DNA of 64,000 nt from an uncultured Acidobacteriota bacterium (GTDB lineage: Bacteria; Acidobacteriota; Thermoanaerobaculia; UBA5066; Gp7-AA6). Below the pieces are notes generated by a model that did no database searches, had not been told where the DNA came from, and worked only from the letters and a program-made list of their open reading frames with translations. Shown here one piece after another: positions 9,375 to 18,013 of this stretch; position 1 is the stretch's first letter; each line of letters starts with the position of its first letter. The stretch lies in the NCBI GenBank assembly GCA_963764715.1, contig CAVXTP010000009.1:1-64000 (forward strand), in the 5' to 3' direction. A program made the translations under genes and the position numbers.

Positions 9375-9887
9375 ATGAAGCCCATGAAAGCCGCCGAGGC
9401 ATCGCTTCTCACCAGCTCCCGCGGGGTGCGCCCGGAGCCGGAAGACATCTTCGTTTTCGGAATCACACCCGAAGGCGAGGTCCCGCTGATCGTTTCCGAC
9501 GAAGGCATCCGGCTGCCCGGGTGTTCTGCGGGGCCTGCGGCTCTGCGCGACGTGCAGGAGCGGCTTCGGGAGGAAACGGGTTGCGAGGCGGCCGAGTTTG
9601 TCCTGATGACGATCCCGCGTCCCGCCACGCGGGGGGCGTCGGGGCCGACCATCCTGCTCGCGCCGCGACTGTCGCGGGTCGGGCCCGGGACGAGAGGTCT
9701 GGAGCTCGTCCCTCTTCCCGATCTCCTGTCCTGGCTGAATTCACGTCGCGGGGCGGTGGTCGACCCGGCGGTCTCGCTCGGCGTGATGATGGCCCAACGG
9801 CACTTTCCGCGCTGGGCCCTCGCGAGACTGCAGGAGGCGCTGCGGCATCTGCGCGCCGCTCGGCCCCACGCGGCGGCCGCCGGATGA
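9375..9887 (+). CDS. Divergent NUDIX-like protein
   Basis: RLPG..VQERLREETGCEA is a partial Nudix box. Confidence 0.55.
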   Translation: MKPMKAAEASLLTSSRGVRPEPEDIFVFGITPEGEVPLIVSDEGIRLPGCSAGPAALRDVQERLREETGCEAAEFVLMTIPRPATRGASGPTILLAPRLSRVGPGTRGLELVPLPDLLSWLNSRRGAVVDPAVSLGVMMAQRHFPRWALARLQEALRHLRAARPHAAAAG

Positions 9888-10546
9888 GCGAGGCTACGGT
9901 TTCCCCGTCCACGCTGATCGATCAGTGCGAGGTTCTGATCCGGACGCTGGATCCCGACGGTCGGTGCGATTACGTCAACGCCGCCTGGAGCCGCTTCTCC
10001 GGGCGGAGCGACTCCCGGGAGCTCGGGGACCGCTGGACGGCCGGGATTCATCCGGACGACCGGCCGGCCGCGCTGACGGCGATCGCGCGGAGCGTCAGGC
10101 GCCGCTTGCCCTACGAAGTCGAATACCGGCTGCTCCGCTGGGACCGGGCCTATCGCTGGGTTCTCGACCGCGGCGTTCCGTTGCGGATCGACGGGGCCTC
10201 CCGCGGCTTCGCCGCCGCCGCCGTTGACATTCACGACCGGCGCGAGGCGATGCGCGCGCAGGAAGCGTCGCTCCGGATGATCGCGGCCGAGCTGCGCACG
10301 CCGCTGCAGGCGGCCCGCGTCCTGGCGGCGCTCGCCCGGCGGCACTGCGAGGCGGGCGAAGTCCCGGACGAGACGATCTTCGAGAAGCTCGACGAGCAAT
10401 TCGAACGATTCCACGACCTCCTCTCGCCGCTCTCGTTCGGTGAGCTCGGGCGGGGCGAGACCCGCGAGCCCGCGCGACACGTCGCGAGCGGCCCCCGCGA
10501 GTCTCCACGCGAGGTCTCGAGGTCCGACGGAAGGAGGGCCGGATGA
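9884..10546 (+). CDS. PAS domain plus His-less HisKA-like helix (pseudokinase, no HATPase)
   Basis: PAS with IHPDD..EYRLLR..YRWV; H-box reads IAAELRTPL; ATGA overlap with the upstream gene. Confidence 0.75.
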   Translation: MSEATVSPSTLIDQCEVLIRTLDPDGRCDYVNAAWSRFSGRSDSRELGDRWTAGIHPDDRPAALTAIARSVRRRLPYEVEYRLLRWDRAYRWVLDRGVPLRIDGASRGFAAAAVDIHDRREAMRAQEASLRMIAAELRTPLQAARVLAALARRHCEAGEVPDETIFEKLDEQFERFHDLLSPLSFGELGRGETREPARHVASGPRESPREVSRSDGRRAG

Positions 10547-10649
10547 AAACCGACGCCGAATCGAACGGATCCGGGAGCCGGCTCTCTGGCGGCGAGGTAG
10601 GGGAACGGCTTTGAAACTCCTGCTCAAGCCCAAGCGGAGAATTGATCCG

Positions 10650-10856
10650 ATGGCTTCCTTCGGGCTCGGGATCCTCTTCGTCGGCCTCGCCGTCGCGCTC
10701 GTGGGTTCGTCGCCGCGGGCGGCCCCGCCCGCAGACGGCCCGTCGACGACCGCCCCTTCCGGCCGCTCGGGCACGATCCGCACGCCGGCGCCCGGACATC
10801 CGGCCACGCCGCACGCGGCTCCCTCGCCCACGACGACTCCTCTTCGTCTTCGCTGA
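10650..10856 (+). CDS. Small Pro/Thr-rich exported protein
   Basis: Hydrophobic N-terminus MASFGLGILFVGLAVALVG, GGAG RBS. Confidence 0.5.
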   Translation: MASFGLGILFVGLAVALVGSSPRAAPPADGPSTTAPSGRSGTIRTPAPGHPATPHAAPSPTTTPLRLR

Positions 10857-10924
10857 GCCGCGGATCCCGGCGGACGCCGACTCGAGGACCGCGACGGGCG
10901 CCGGCCGCGGAAGGCGCGTTCGGC

Positions 10925-10940
10925 TGGCGCGAAAATCGCA
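10925..10940 (+). promoter_or_regulatory. Sigma54 -24/-12 promoter
   Basis: TGGCGCGAAAATCGCA. Confidence 0.6.
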
Positions 10941-10953
10941 ATGACGTCGCGGC

Positions 10954-11856
10954 GTGGGAAGCGAAGTTACGAGACTCCCGTGGGCCTGGAAGCGGCGGAC
11001 GGATCGCGTCGCGATCGCGAGGGCGATCCTCGGCTCGATCTCGCGACTCTCCTGCGCGGCCGGGGGGGCATGCGCCGCGGTGGCGTTTCAGAGCCCGCCC
11101 CGGTTCCGGCCGACGCACGCGGAGCGCCGGGCGCTCGAGTCGGCCGCGGCCTCGACTCTGCGGAGCGCCCGGGGAGACATCGCGGTCTGGCAGTGGGGCG
11201 AGGGGCCCCGTGTCCTTCTGGCGCACGGCTGGGGCTCGCACGCGGGACGCCTGGCCCGCTTTCTGCCCGAGCTCCTCGCGGCCGGCTTCGGCGTGACGGC
11301 GTTCGACGCTCCCGGCCACGGCCGGTCGACGGGCCGTCTCTCCTCCCTTCGCGACTTCGTCGAGGCCTTCCGCGAAGTCGCCCGCCTCGTCTCCCCGGTC
11401 GCGACCATCGGCCATTCGCTGGGCGCCGCGGCGTCCGTTCTGGGGACGGCTGCCGGCGGAACCGTGCGGGCCGCCGTGCTGCTTTCGCCCCCGGCGGAGA
11501 CCTCGAGCTACCCGAGACGCTTCGCGCGCTACGTGCGTCTGGCTCCGGGGGCGACCGACCGAATGGAGGCGCACCTCGAGCGGCGCCTGGGGCGGCTCCC
11601 CGAGCTGCATCGACCCGAATGCTGGCCGGGTGTTCCCGTGCTTGTCTTCCACGACCAGGGCGATACGCGCGTTCCCGTCCGCGAAGGTCTGGCGCTCGCG
11701 CGTGCGTGGCCGGAGACGCGGATCGTCGTGACCCGGGGCCTCGGGCACCATCGCATCGTCGGCGACGAGGCCGTAATCCGGCGTTCGGTCCGCTTCCTGG
11801 CCCGGGCGGCCCTCGGAGCACCGGCGGCGTTCGTCGCCCGGAGCCAGGCCTGCTGA
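10954..11856 (+). CDS. Alpha/beta hydrolase
   Basis: HGWGS, FDAPGHG, GHSLG nucleophile elbow, HDQGD, GHHRI. Confidence 0.9.
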   Translation: MGSEVTRLPWAWKRRTDRVAIARAILGSISRLSCAAGGACAAVAFQSPPRFRPTHAERRALESAAASTLRSARGDIAVWQWGEGPRVLLAHGWGSHAGRLARFLPELLAAGFGVTAFDAPGHGRSTGRLSSLRDFVEAFREVARLVSPVATIGHSLGAAASVLGTAAGGTVRAAVLLSPPAETSSYPRRFARYVRLAPGATDRMEAHLERRLGRLPELHRPECWPGVPVLVFHDQGDTRVPVREGLALARAWPETRIVVTRGLGHHRIVGDEAVIRRSVRFLARAALGAPAAFVARSQAC

Positions 11857-11860
11857 CGAA

Positions 11861-11876
11861 CGGCACGGTTCTTGAA
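11861..11876 (+). promoter_or_regulatory. Sigma54-like promoter, -12 variant
   Basis: CGGCACGGTTCTTGAA (GG-N10-GA). Confidence 0.55.
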
Positions 11877-11919
11877 GAGTTCGCTTCCAGGCCCATTTTC
11901 GGGCCAGTGGAGGTTCAGG

Positions 11920-12564
11920 ATGAAAACGACGGTTTGGAGAGCGGCGGTGACCGCGCTGGGAGTTCTGGTGGGTGTCACGGCGGTTCCGGCCCAGGAGAAG
12001 ACGCACACCGAAACGATCACGAAGCAGACGGGCGCGGGTCCGAATGCGAAGACGAAGACCGAGTGGGTCACCGGCACGGTCAAGGACTACGACGCCGGAA
12101 AGAAGATCAAGATCGAGGGACCCGGCGGCAAGGACTACAGTTTCGACCTCGATGAGAACGCGCGCGTGCAGGGCACGATCGTGGTCGGCCAGCCGGCGAA
12201 GGTCGGCTACTGGAAGGGAACGGACGGCACCGAGAAGGTGTCGGTGATCTCGTCGGCCTCGGCCAACGCCCAGAGCGCGATGGCGGCTCCGCGCATGCAC
12301 ACGGAGTCGACGACGAAGCAGTCGGGCCCGGGGCCGGACGTCAAGACCAAGAAGGAAGTCGTCATCGGAACGGTCAAGGACTTCGAGCCCGGCAAGAAGA
12401 TCAAGGTCGTGGGCCCGGGCGACAAGGATTTCTCCTTCGACCTCGACGAGCACGCCTCGGTCGAGGGCTCGGTTTCCGTGGGCGAGCGAGTCCGGGTGAC
12501 GTACACGAAGACTCCGGGCGGCGACAAGGTCACGACGGTCGAGCCGTATCGGGGACGCGGATAA
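11920..12564 (+). CDS. Secreted protein with two tandem beta-rich (OB/DUF5666-like) repeats
   Basis: Signal peptide; HTE..KQ.G.GP..KTK.E.V.GTVKD...GKKIK..GPG.KD.SFDLDE occurs twice. Confidence 0.85.
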   Translation: MKTTVWRAAVTALGVLVGVTAVPAQEKTHTETITKQTGAGPNAKTKTEWVTGTVKDYDAGKKIKIEGPGGKDYSFDLDENARVQGTIVVGQPAKVGYWKGTDGTEKVSVISSASANAQSAMAAPRMHTESTTKQSGPGPDVKTKKEVVIGTVKDFEPGKKIKVVGPGDKDFSFDLDEHASVEGSVSVGERVRVTYTKTPGGDKVTTVEPYRGRG

Positions 12565-12568
12565 CGAC

Positions 12569-12588
12569 GCCGACGGACGGCGGTTTTT
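12569..12588 (+). terminator. Probable intrinsic terminator
   Basis: CGCCG-ACGGA-CGGCG followed by GTTTTT. Confidence 0.5.
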
Positions 12589-12650
12589 CGCGGGGGCCGG
12601 CGCCCAATCCCGGGCGCCGGGCCTCTCGCACATTGAAATCGAGGATCGAG

Positions 12651-12812
12651 ATGGCTCTGTTGCGTCTGGCGCTGACGTGCCTGGTGCTCGCGCTGATCGG
12701 CCTTCTCTTCGTTCCGTTCGCCCTCGGCAAGGTGCTGGGGGTGGGCTTCGCGTTTCTGTTCGTCGTCTTCCTGGTCCTCGGGCTCGCGACGGTCGACAAC
12801 CTGGCGGCCTGA
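12651..12812 (+). CDS. Small two-helix membrane protein (DUF1328-like)
   Basis: MALLRLALTCLVLALIGLLFVPFALGKVLGVGFAFLFVVFLVLGLATVDNLAA; GAGG RBS; missed by the ORF track. Confidence 0.7.
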   Translation: MALLRLALTCLVLALIGLLFVPFALGKVLGVGFAFLFVVFLVLGLATVDNLAA

Positions 12813-12843
12813 GGGGCACGCGCCCGGGTGGGGCCGCGCGGGA

Positions 12844-14853
12844 TCAACGCGTCGGGCGGCGCGCGCGGCCCGCGGCTCTGGCTTCGAGCATCTCCTTGAG
12901 GACGAGCAGGAGCTGCGTCACGTTGACCGGTTTCGTCAGGATCTTCTGCACGCCCGACTCCCGGATGCGGCGCGTGTCCTCGTCGGCCGTCACGCCGGTG
13001 AGCGCCACGACGGCCGGCGTGGGGTCTTTGCGGCTCGTCCGCCTCTGCATCCACACGGCGCCGTCGCCGTCCGGCAGCGTCACGTCGAGGAGGACCACGT
13101 CGGGAGCGCTTTCGGCGAGCGCCTCCTCGGCCTCCTTGAGGCTCTCGGCGGTGCGCACGACGTAGCCTTCGGACTCGAGCAGGGCACGCATCCCGTAGCG
13201 CGAGGCCTCGTCGTCCTCGACGACGAGCACGCGGGGCCGGCGGCCGTCGACCAGGGGAAGGGCCGATGACGACACGGGCTGCTCGTCGGCGGCTCCGGGC
13301 GCCGCTCCGGCCACCGGAAGCTCCGGCAGCGTGAACTTCACCGTCGTGCCGTTTGCCTCGCGGCTCTCGAGAATCAAATCGCCTCCCATGAGCTCGACGA
13401 GCTGCTTGGAGATCGACAGGCCGAGGCCGGTCCCGCGCGGCGTTTCGCCGGAGCGCGTCCGGATCTGCTGAAAGGGCTCGAACGCCTTCGCGATGAGGTC
13501 CTGCGGAATGCCGACGCCCGTGTCGCGCACCTCGAACGTCAGGGAGCCCTGGAACGGGCGAGCCGCGAGAACGACTCTCCCGCTCGACGTGTACTTCACG
13601 GCGTTCGAGAGGAGGTTGACCAGGACCCGCGACACCTTCTCGCGATCGAGGCTGGCCGACGCCGGCAGCGCGGAGTCCATCTCCAGCTCGAGCGCGAGCC
13701 CCTTCTCCCGAGCGTGCGGCTCGAGCAGTGCCATGCACTCCTGGAGAAGCTCGGCGATCACGACGCTCTGCGGATGCAGGTCCTGCTGTCCGGCCTCGAG
13801 CTTGGCGAGGTCGAGGATGTTGTCGATCATCTGGCGCAGCGATTCCGCGGCGCCGCGGAGAATCCGGACGTTGCGCGCGCGGCGCTCCGGGCCGCCGTTC
13901 GCGGCCTCCGGGTCCTTCTCGAGCTGGTGCGCCAGGAGGATGATCGTGTTGAGCGGCGTGCGCAGCTCGTGGGAGACGGTCGAGAGGAAGTCCGACTTGA
14001 GGCGGTCGAGCTCCTCGAGCTTGCGGTACGCCTCGGACCGCTCCCGGCCCACGCGGCGCTGGTCGCGGATCGCCCGCCCCACCCGGATGAGCGACCGGGC
14101 GCGGGCCCGCAGCTCGTGGGTCTCGATCGGCTTGCCGATGAAGTCGTCCGCTCCGGCCGCAAACCCCCGCTCCCGGTCGATCGTCCCGGCCGTGACGAGC
14201 AGGATCGGGACGTACTCCGGGGACGAGGCCGAGATCCATTCCGCGAGGTCGTAGCCCGAATCGGCTCCGAGCATGACGTCGATGACGGCCAGGTCGTAGG
14301 GTTCGTCGTTCGCGATCCGCGCCGCGGCCGCCGCGAGCGTCGTGGAGACCGCGACGTCGTGCCCGTCGGCGGCGAGGTCCGTCCGGAGAAGCTCGGCGAC
14401 CTCGGGCTGGTCGTCCACGACGAGCGCCCTTCCGGGCGCGCTGCGGGCGCGGGCGGCGCCGCCGGGGGCCGCGCCCACGCGATCGCGGCGGACGTCCAGG
14501 AACGAGAGCACGCGCGCCGCGAAGGTCGCCTCGTTGATCGGCTTGGGGATGAACCCGTCGCAGCCCGCCGCGAGCGCCCGCTCCCGATCGCCCTGCATGG
14601 CGTGCGCGGTCACGGCCAGGATCGGGATCGCGTTGCAGTCGGGGTCCGCGCGGATCTCGCGCGTGGCCTCCCAGCCCGAGAGGAGCGGGAGCGAGAGGTC
14701 CATGAGGACGAGGTCCGGTTTCGCGCTCCGGACCGTCTCCACCGCGGCCCGTCCGTCGGTCACCGAGCGGACCTCGTGGCCGTCGGCCTCGAGAAGCATC
14801 TGGATGAGGGCCCGGATGTCCGGGGAGTCTTCGGCGATGAGTATGCGCGCCAT
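12844..14853 (-). CDS. Cytoplasmic hybrid kinase REC-REC-HisKA-HATPase-REC
   Basis: Three receiver domains, SHELRTPL, NLLSNAVKYT, GTGLGL. Confidence 0.93.
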   Translation of the reverse strand: MARILIAEDSPDIRALIQMLLEADGHEVRSVTDGRAAVETVRSAKPDLVLMDLSLPLLSGWEATREIRADPDCNAIPILAVTAHAMQGDRERALAAGCDGFIPKPINEATFAARVLSFLDVRRDRVGAAPGGAARARSAPGRALVVDDQPEVAELLRTDLAADGHDVAVSTTLAAAAARIANDEPYDLAVIDVMLGADSGYDLAEWISASSPEYVPILLVTAGTIDRERGFAAGADDFIGKPIETHELRARARSLIRVGRAIRDQRRVGRERSEAYRKLEELDRLKSDFLSTVSHELRTPLNTIILLAHQLEKDPEAANGGPERRARNVRILRGAAESLRQMIDNILDLAKLEAGQQDLHPQSVVIAELLQECMALLEPHAREKGLALELEMDSALPASASLDREKVSRVLVNLLSNAVKYTSSGRVVLAARPFQGSLTFEVRDTGVGIPQDLIAKAFEPFQQIRTRSGETPRGTGLGLSISKQLVELMGGDLILESREANGTTVKFTLPELPVAGAAPGAADEQPVSSSALPLVDGRRPRVLVVEDDEASRYGMRALLESEGYVVRTAESLKEAEEALAESAPDVVLLDVTLPDGDGAVWMQRRTSRKDPTPAVVALTGVTADEDTRRIRESGVQKILTKPVNVTQLLLVLKEMLEARAAGRARRPTR

Positions 14854-14880
14854 GGTCGGTGTCCTGCTCCGTCGCTGCCG

Positions 14881-17745
14881 TCAATCCCGCGCCCGCGCTC
14901 CCACCGAGTGGAGAACGTCGCGCACCAGGCGCGCCATGTCGGCGCCTTTTCGAAGAATACGCTGGGCGGATCCGGCGACGCGGGTCTCCTCCTCGTCGGA
15001 AAGGTCCTTCCCCGTCAGGACGATCACGGGCACCGAGCGCAGCCCCGCGTCCTCCCGCATGCGGTAAAGAACCTCGAAGCCGTCGGGCTCCGGCATCAGG
15101 AGGTCGAGGACGACCGCGGAGGGCCGCTGCCGCTCGAGGGCGGCGAGGGCCTCGGCCCCGTCGCGCGCGGTCTCGACGCGATACCCGGCGGCCGAGAGCT
15201 CGTCCCGGAGAAGGTTCCGGACGTCGGCGTCGTCGTCGACCACGAGGACCCGCGCCTCGGCCGTCAACCCCACGCGGGCCAGGGCCTCGCGCAGGACCGC
15301 GCCGGACACGGGCTTGACGAGGTGATCGACGGCGCCGAGGCCGAACCCGAAGGCCCGGTTCTCGACGACCGAATGCACGATCACCGGAATCGACCGCGTG
15401 TCCGGCGAGCTCTTGAGGGCCCGCAGCGTGGCCCACCCGTCGAGCCGCGGCATCACGACGTCGAGGAGGATCGCGTCGGGCGCCCCGCCGCGCGCCACCG
15501 CGAGGGCCTCCCGTCCGTCCGAGGCCTCGAGGACCGTCAGGCCGTAGGGCTCGAGCTCGAAGCGCAGGAGGCGGCGCGTGCCTTCGTCGTCGTCGACGAC
15601 GAGAACGCGCCGTTCGGCGGCGCCCCGGGGCGCCGCGCGTTCGATCGCGGTCTCGGCCGGGAGCTCGCGGGGGAGCGTGACCGTGAAGGTCGAGCCTTCG
15701 CCCGGCGTGCTCTGCAGCGAGATGGTGCCTCCCAGGAGCTGGGCGATCTTGCGCACGATTGCCAGGCCGAGCCCCGTCCCCCCGTAGCCGTGGTGCGAGC
15801 GGGACTCGCCCTGGCGGAACTCCTCGAAGATCGACTCGTGCTCCTCGGCGGGGATCCCGATCCCGGAATCGGTCACGACGAGGGCCCAGCGCTTTTCGCC
15901 CCGCGGCTCCGCGCGGATCTCGACGAACCCGGTCTCGGTGAACTTCAGCGAGTTTCCGACGAGGTTGCCGAGGATCTGGGTGAGCTTGGGGCCGTCGCCG
16001 ATGATCGTGTCAAGCTCGGGGGACACGGCGGTCTTCAGCGCGAGCCCCTTGCGGCGCGCGGTCTCCGCGAAATCGGCCGCGACCTGGCGGACGAGCTGCT
16101 CCACGGACACCACCTCGCGGCGAATCTCGGCCTTGCCCGACTCGATCCGCGAGATGTCGAGGACGTCGTTGATGAGGCCGAGGAGCAGGCGGGCGTTGCG
16201 CTGGACGCGCTCGAGGCTCTCGCGCTGGGCGTCGTTGAGGGGCCCCTGGCTGCCCCGCAGGAGCGTTCCCGTGAATCCCATGATGACCGTCATCGGCGTG
16301 CGCAGCTCGTGGGAGACGGCGGCGAGGAACCGGTCCTTCAGCGCCGAGGCGCGCTGGAGCTCGCGGGCCGTCCCGGCGATCCGGCTGCGCTGCTCCTCGA
16401 GCAGCTCGTTCTGCTCGGCGAGCCGGCGGGACTGTTCGGCCAGGCGCTCGTTGGCCGACGCGTTGGCGAGGGCCACCGCGAGGCTCGGGGCGATCGAGTG
16501 GAGCGTGTTGCGGGCGCGGTCGGAGAAGGGGCGCACGGCGCCCAGGCCCAGCACGCCGAAGGCCTCGCCGAAATACATCAGGGGCACGTGGAGGCTCTCG
16601 CGCGGAAGGATGCGGCCGTCGAAGAGGTCGACGGTCGGCGTCCCGGGGTCGACCGCCACGTGGATCGTCCGCTGCTCGCGCATGGCGCGGCGCGCCTCCT
16701 CGCGGGCCGCGGGCCCGGATCCTTCGGTGCCCCCGATCGAGACCGCCGGCGCGAGGTCGCCCTTGCCGTCGGCGACGTAGAGGACCGCGCTCGAGGCCCC
16801 CGCGACCTCGACGACCTTGTCGAGCACCCGGGTCCCGAAACCGGCGAGGTCGTTGACGGTCGCCGCCGCGGCCAGCACGGCGTTGACCGCCGTCTCGATG
16901 TCGCGGGCCTCGAGGGCCCGCCCGCGCTCGAGGTACAGCCTCGCGGCCGTGTTGTAGTTGAAGCCGAGCTCCCCGATCTCGTCGTTCGAGGCGTCCGACA
17001 GCGTCGGCGCCGGCCGGCCCAGGGCGAGGTCCTCGAGCGCCCGGGACGCGGCGACGCAGGGCGCGAGGATCCTCCGGTTGAGGTCCGAGAGGAGAAGAAG
17101 CAGGCCGGCGAGGATCAGCGCCGCGAGGACGACGAGGGCCGTCGTCGCGGCGTCCCGGCTACCGCGGAGCTGGAGCTCACCGAAGGCCTGGCCGCGGGCA
17201 AAATCGCGCTCGAGCTCGCCGAGGACGCCCCGCAGGACGTCCCCCGCCGGCACCGCCCGGTTGTCGCGGACCGCGAGGCTTTCCCCGGGCGGCCGGGCGG
17301 CCCGGGCGCCGATCGCCCGCTCGGCGGCCGAGGCGTAGACGTTCTCCGCCGCCTCCGCCCGGCGCAGCTTGCCCGAAGTCCCCTCGGTCAGGGACTGGCG
17401 GCGGATGGCGCCGAGCGAGGTCTTCAGCTCGGTCCGGCTGGCATAGTGCTGCGAGAGGTCGTAGCCCTGCCCCTCCCGCGAATACCGGTCCAGGCTGTCG
17501 GACGCCTCCCGCAGCGAGCCGATCGCGTCCGTGACGCGTTCCCGCAGATCCGTGTAGCGGGCAATCTGGACCGTGGCGTCGTAGAGACCCGTGACGGCGT
17601 TGATCGTGTAGTAGAGCCAGGCGCCGACGACCACGACGCCCAGGGCGGCGTAGATGCGGATCCGGGCCTTGAGAGAATTTCGGGCCGGCCGGCGAGACCC
17701 GGCGGGCCCGCTCGCCGGGGCAGACGGAGCGAAGGGATCTGTCAT
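14881..17745 (-). CDS. Membrane hybrid sensor kinase (TM-HAMP-GAF-HisKA-HATPase-REC-REC)
   Basis: Two TM helices, DEIGELG HAMP, GAF, SHELRTPM, two receivers. Confidence 0.93.
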   Translation of the reverse strand: MTDPFAPSAPASGPAGSRRPARNSLKARIRIYAALGVVVVGAWLYYTINAVTGLYDATVQIARYTDLRERVTDAIGSLREASDSLDRYSREGQGYDLSQHYASRTELKTSLGAIRRQSLTEGTSGKLRRAEAAENVYASAAERAIGARAARPPGESLAVRDNRAVPAGDVLRGVLGELERDFARGQAFGELQLRGSRDAATTALVVLAALILAGLLLLLSDLNRRILAPCVAASRALEDLALGRPAPTLSDASNDEIGELGFNYNTAARLYLERGRALEARDIETAVNAVLAAAATVNDLAGFGTRVLDKVVEVAGASSAVLYVADGKGDLAPAVSIGGTEGSGPAAREEARRAMREQRTIHVAVDPGTPTVDLFDGRILPRESLHVPLMYFGEAFGVLGLGAVRPFSDRARNTLHSIAPSLAVALANASANERLAEQSRRLAEQNELLEEQRSRIAGTARELQRASALKDRFLAAVSHELRTPMTVIMGFTGTLLRGSQGPLNDAQRESLERVQRNARLLLGLINDVLDISRIESGKAEIRREVVSVEQLVRQVAADFAETARRKGLALKTAVSPELDTIIGDGPKLTQILGNLVGNSLKFTETGFVEIRAEPRGEKRWALVVTDSGIGIPAEEHESIFEEFRQGESRSHHGYGGTGLGLAIVRKIAQLLGGTISLQSTPGEGSTFTVTLPRELPAETAIERAAPRGAAERRVLVVDDDEGTRRLLRFELEPYGLTVLEASDGREALAVARGGAPDAILLDVVMPRLDGWATLRALKSSPDTRSIPVIVHSVVENRAFGFGLGAVDHLVKPVSGAVLREALARVGLTAEARVLVVDDDADVRNLLRDELSAAGYRVETARDGAEALAALERQRPSAVVLDLLMPEPDGFEVLYRMREDAGLRSVPVIVLTGKDLSDEEETRVAGSAQRILRKGADMARLVRDVLHSVGARARD

Positions 17746-17765
17746 AGGATCGATTCTCCAGCTCT

Positions 17766-17781
17766 TGCACAAAAGGTGCCT
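17766..17781 (-). promoter_or_regulatory. Sigma54 -24/-12 promoter of the hybrid kinase operon
   Basis: AGGCACCTTTTGTGCA. Confidence 0.75.
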
Positions 17782-17785
17782 GTAA

Positions 17786-18013
17786 ATGACGGAAGTCCCA
17801 GGGAACGGCGGGCCCGACTCGGAGGAGAAGCTGCGCCGGTTTTTTCACGATGTCGCCACGCCGCTGTCCGGGGTGTCGCTGCACCTCGAGCGCGCCGTGC
17901 GGCTGCACGCCCGCGGCGAGGACCCGGCGGACGCGCTGGCGACCGCGCGGCGCGAGCTCGACCGAGCGTTCGATCTCTTCGAACGCGGCCGCGCCGAGAT
18001 GCTCAAGCCATGA
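17786..18013 (+). CDS. Stand-alone HisKA/DHp-like protein (putative phosphotransferase)
   Basis: LRRFFHDVATPLSGVSLHLE H-box; 75 aa; ATGA overlap with the activator gene. Confidence 0.7.
   Translation: MTEVPGNGGPDSEEKLRRFFHDVATPLSGVSLHLERAVRLHARGEDPADALATARRELDRAFDLFERGRAEMLKP

Noticed and set aside
10600-10615. GGGGAACGGCTTTGAA as another sigma54 promoter
   Set aside because: The spacing is one base off for the GGAAC register and -12 is non-canonical; not counted.
13714-18009. 1839-aa ORF apparently giving the sigma54 activator a huge N-terminal extension
   Set aside because: The extension is the antisense shadow of the hybrid kinases in GC-rich DNA; the real start is ATG 18010.
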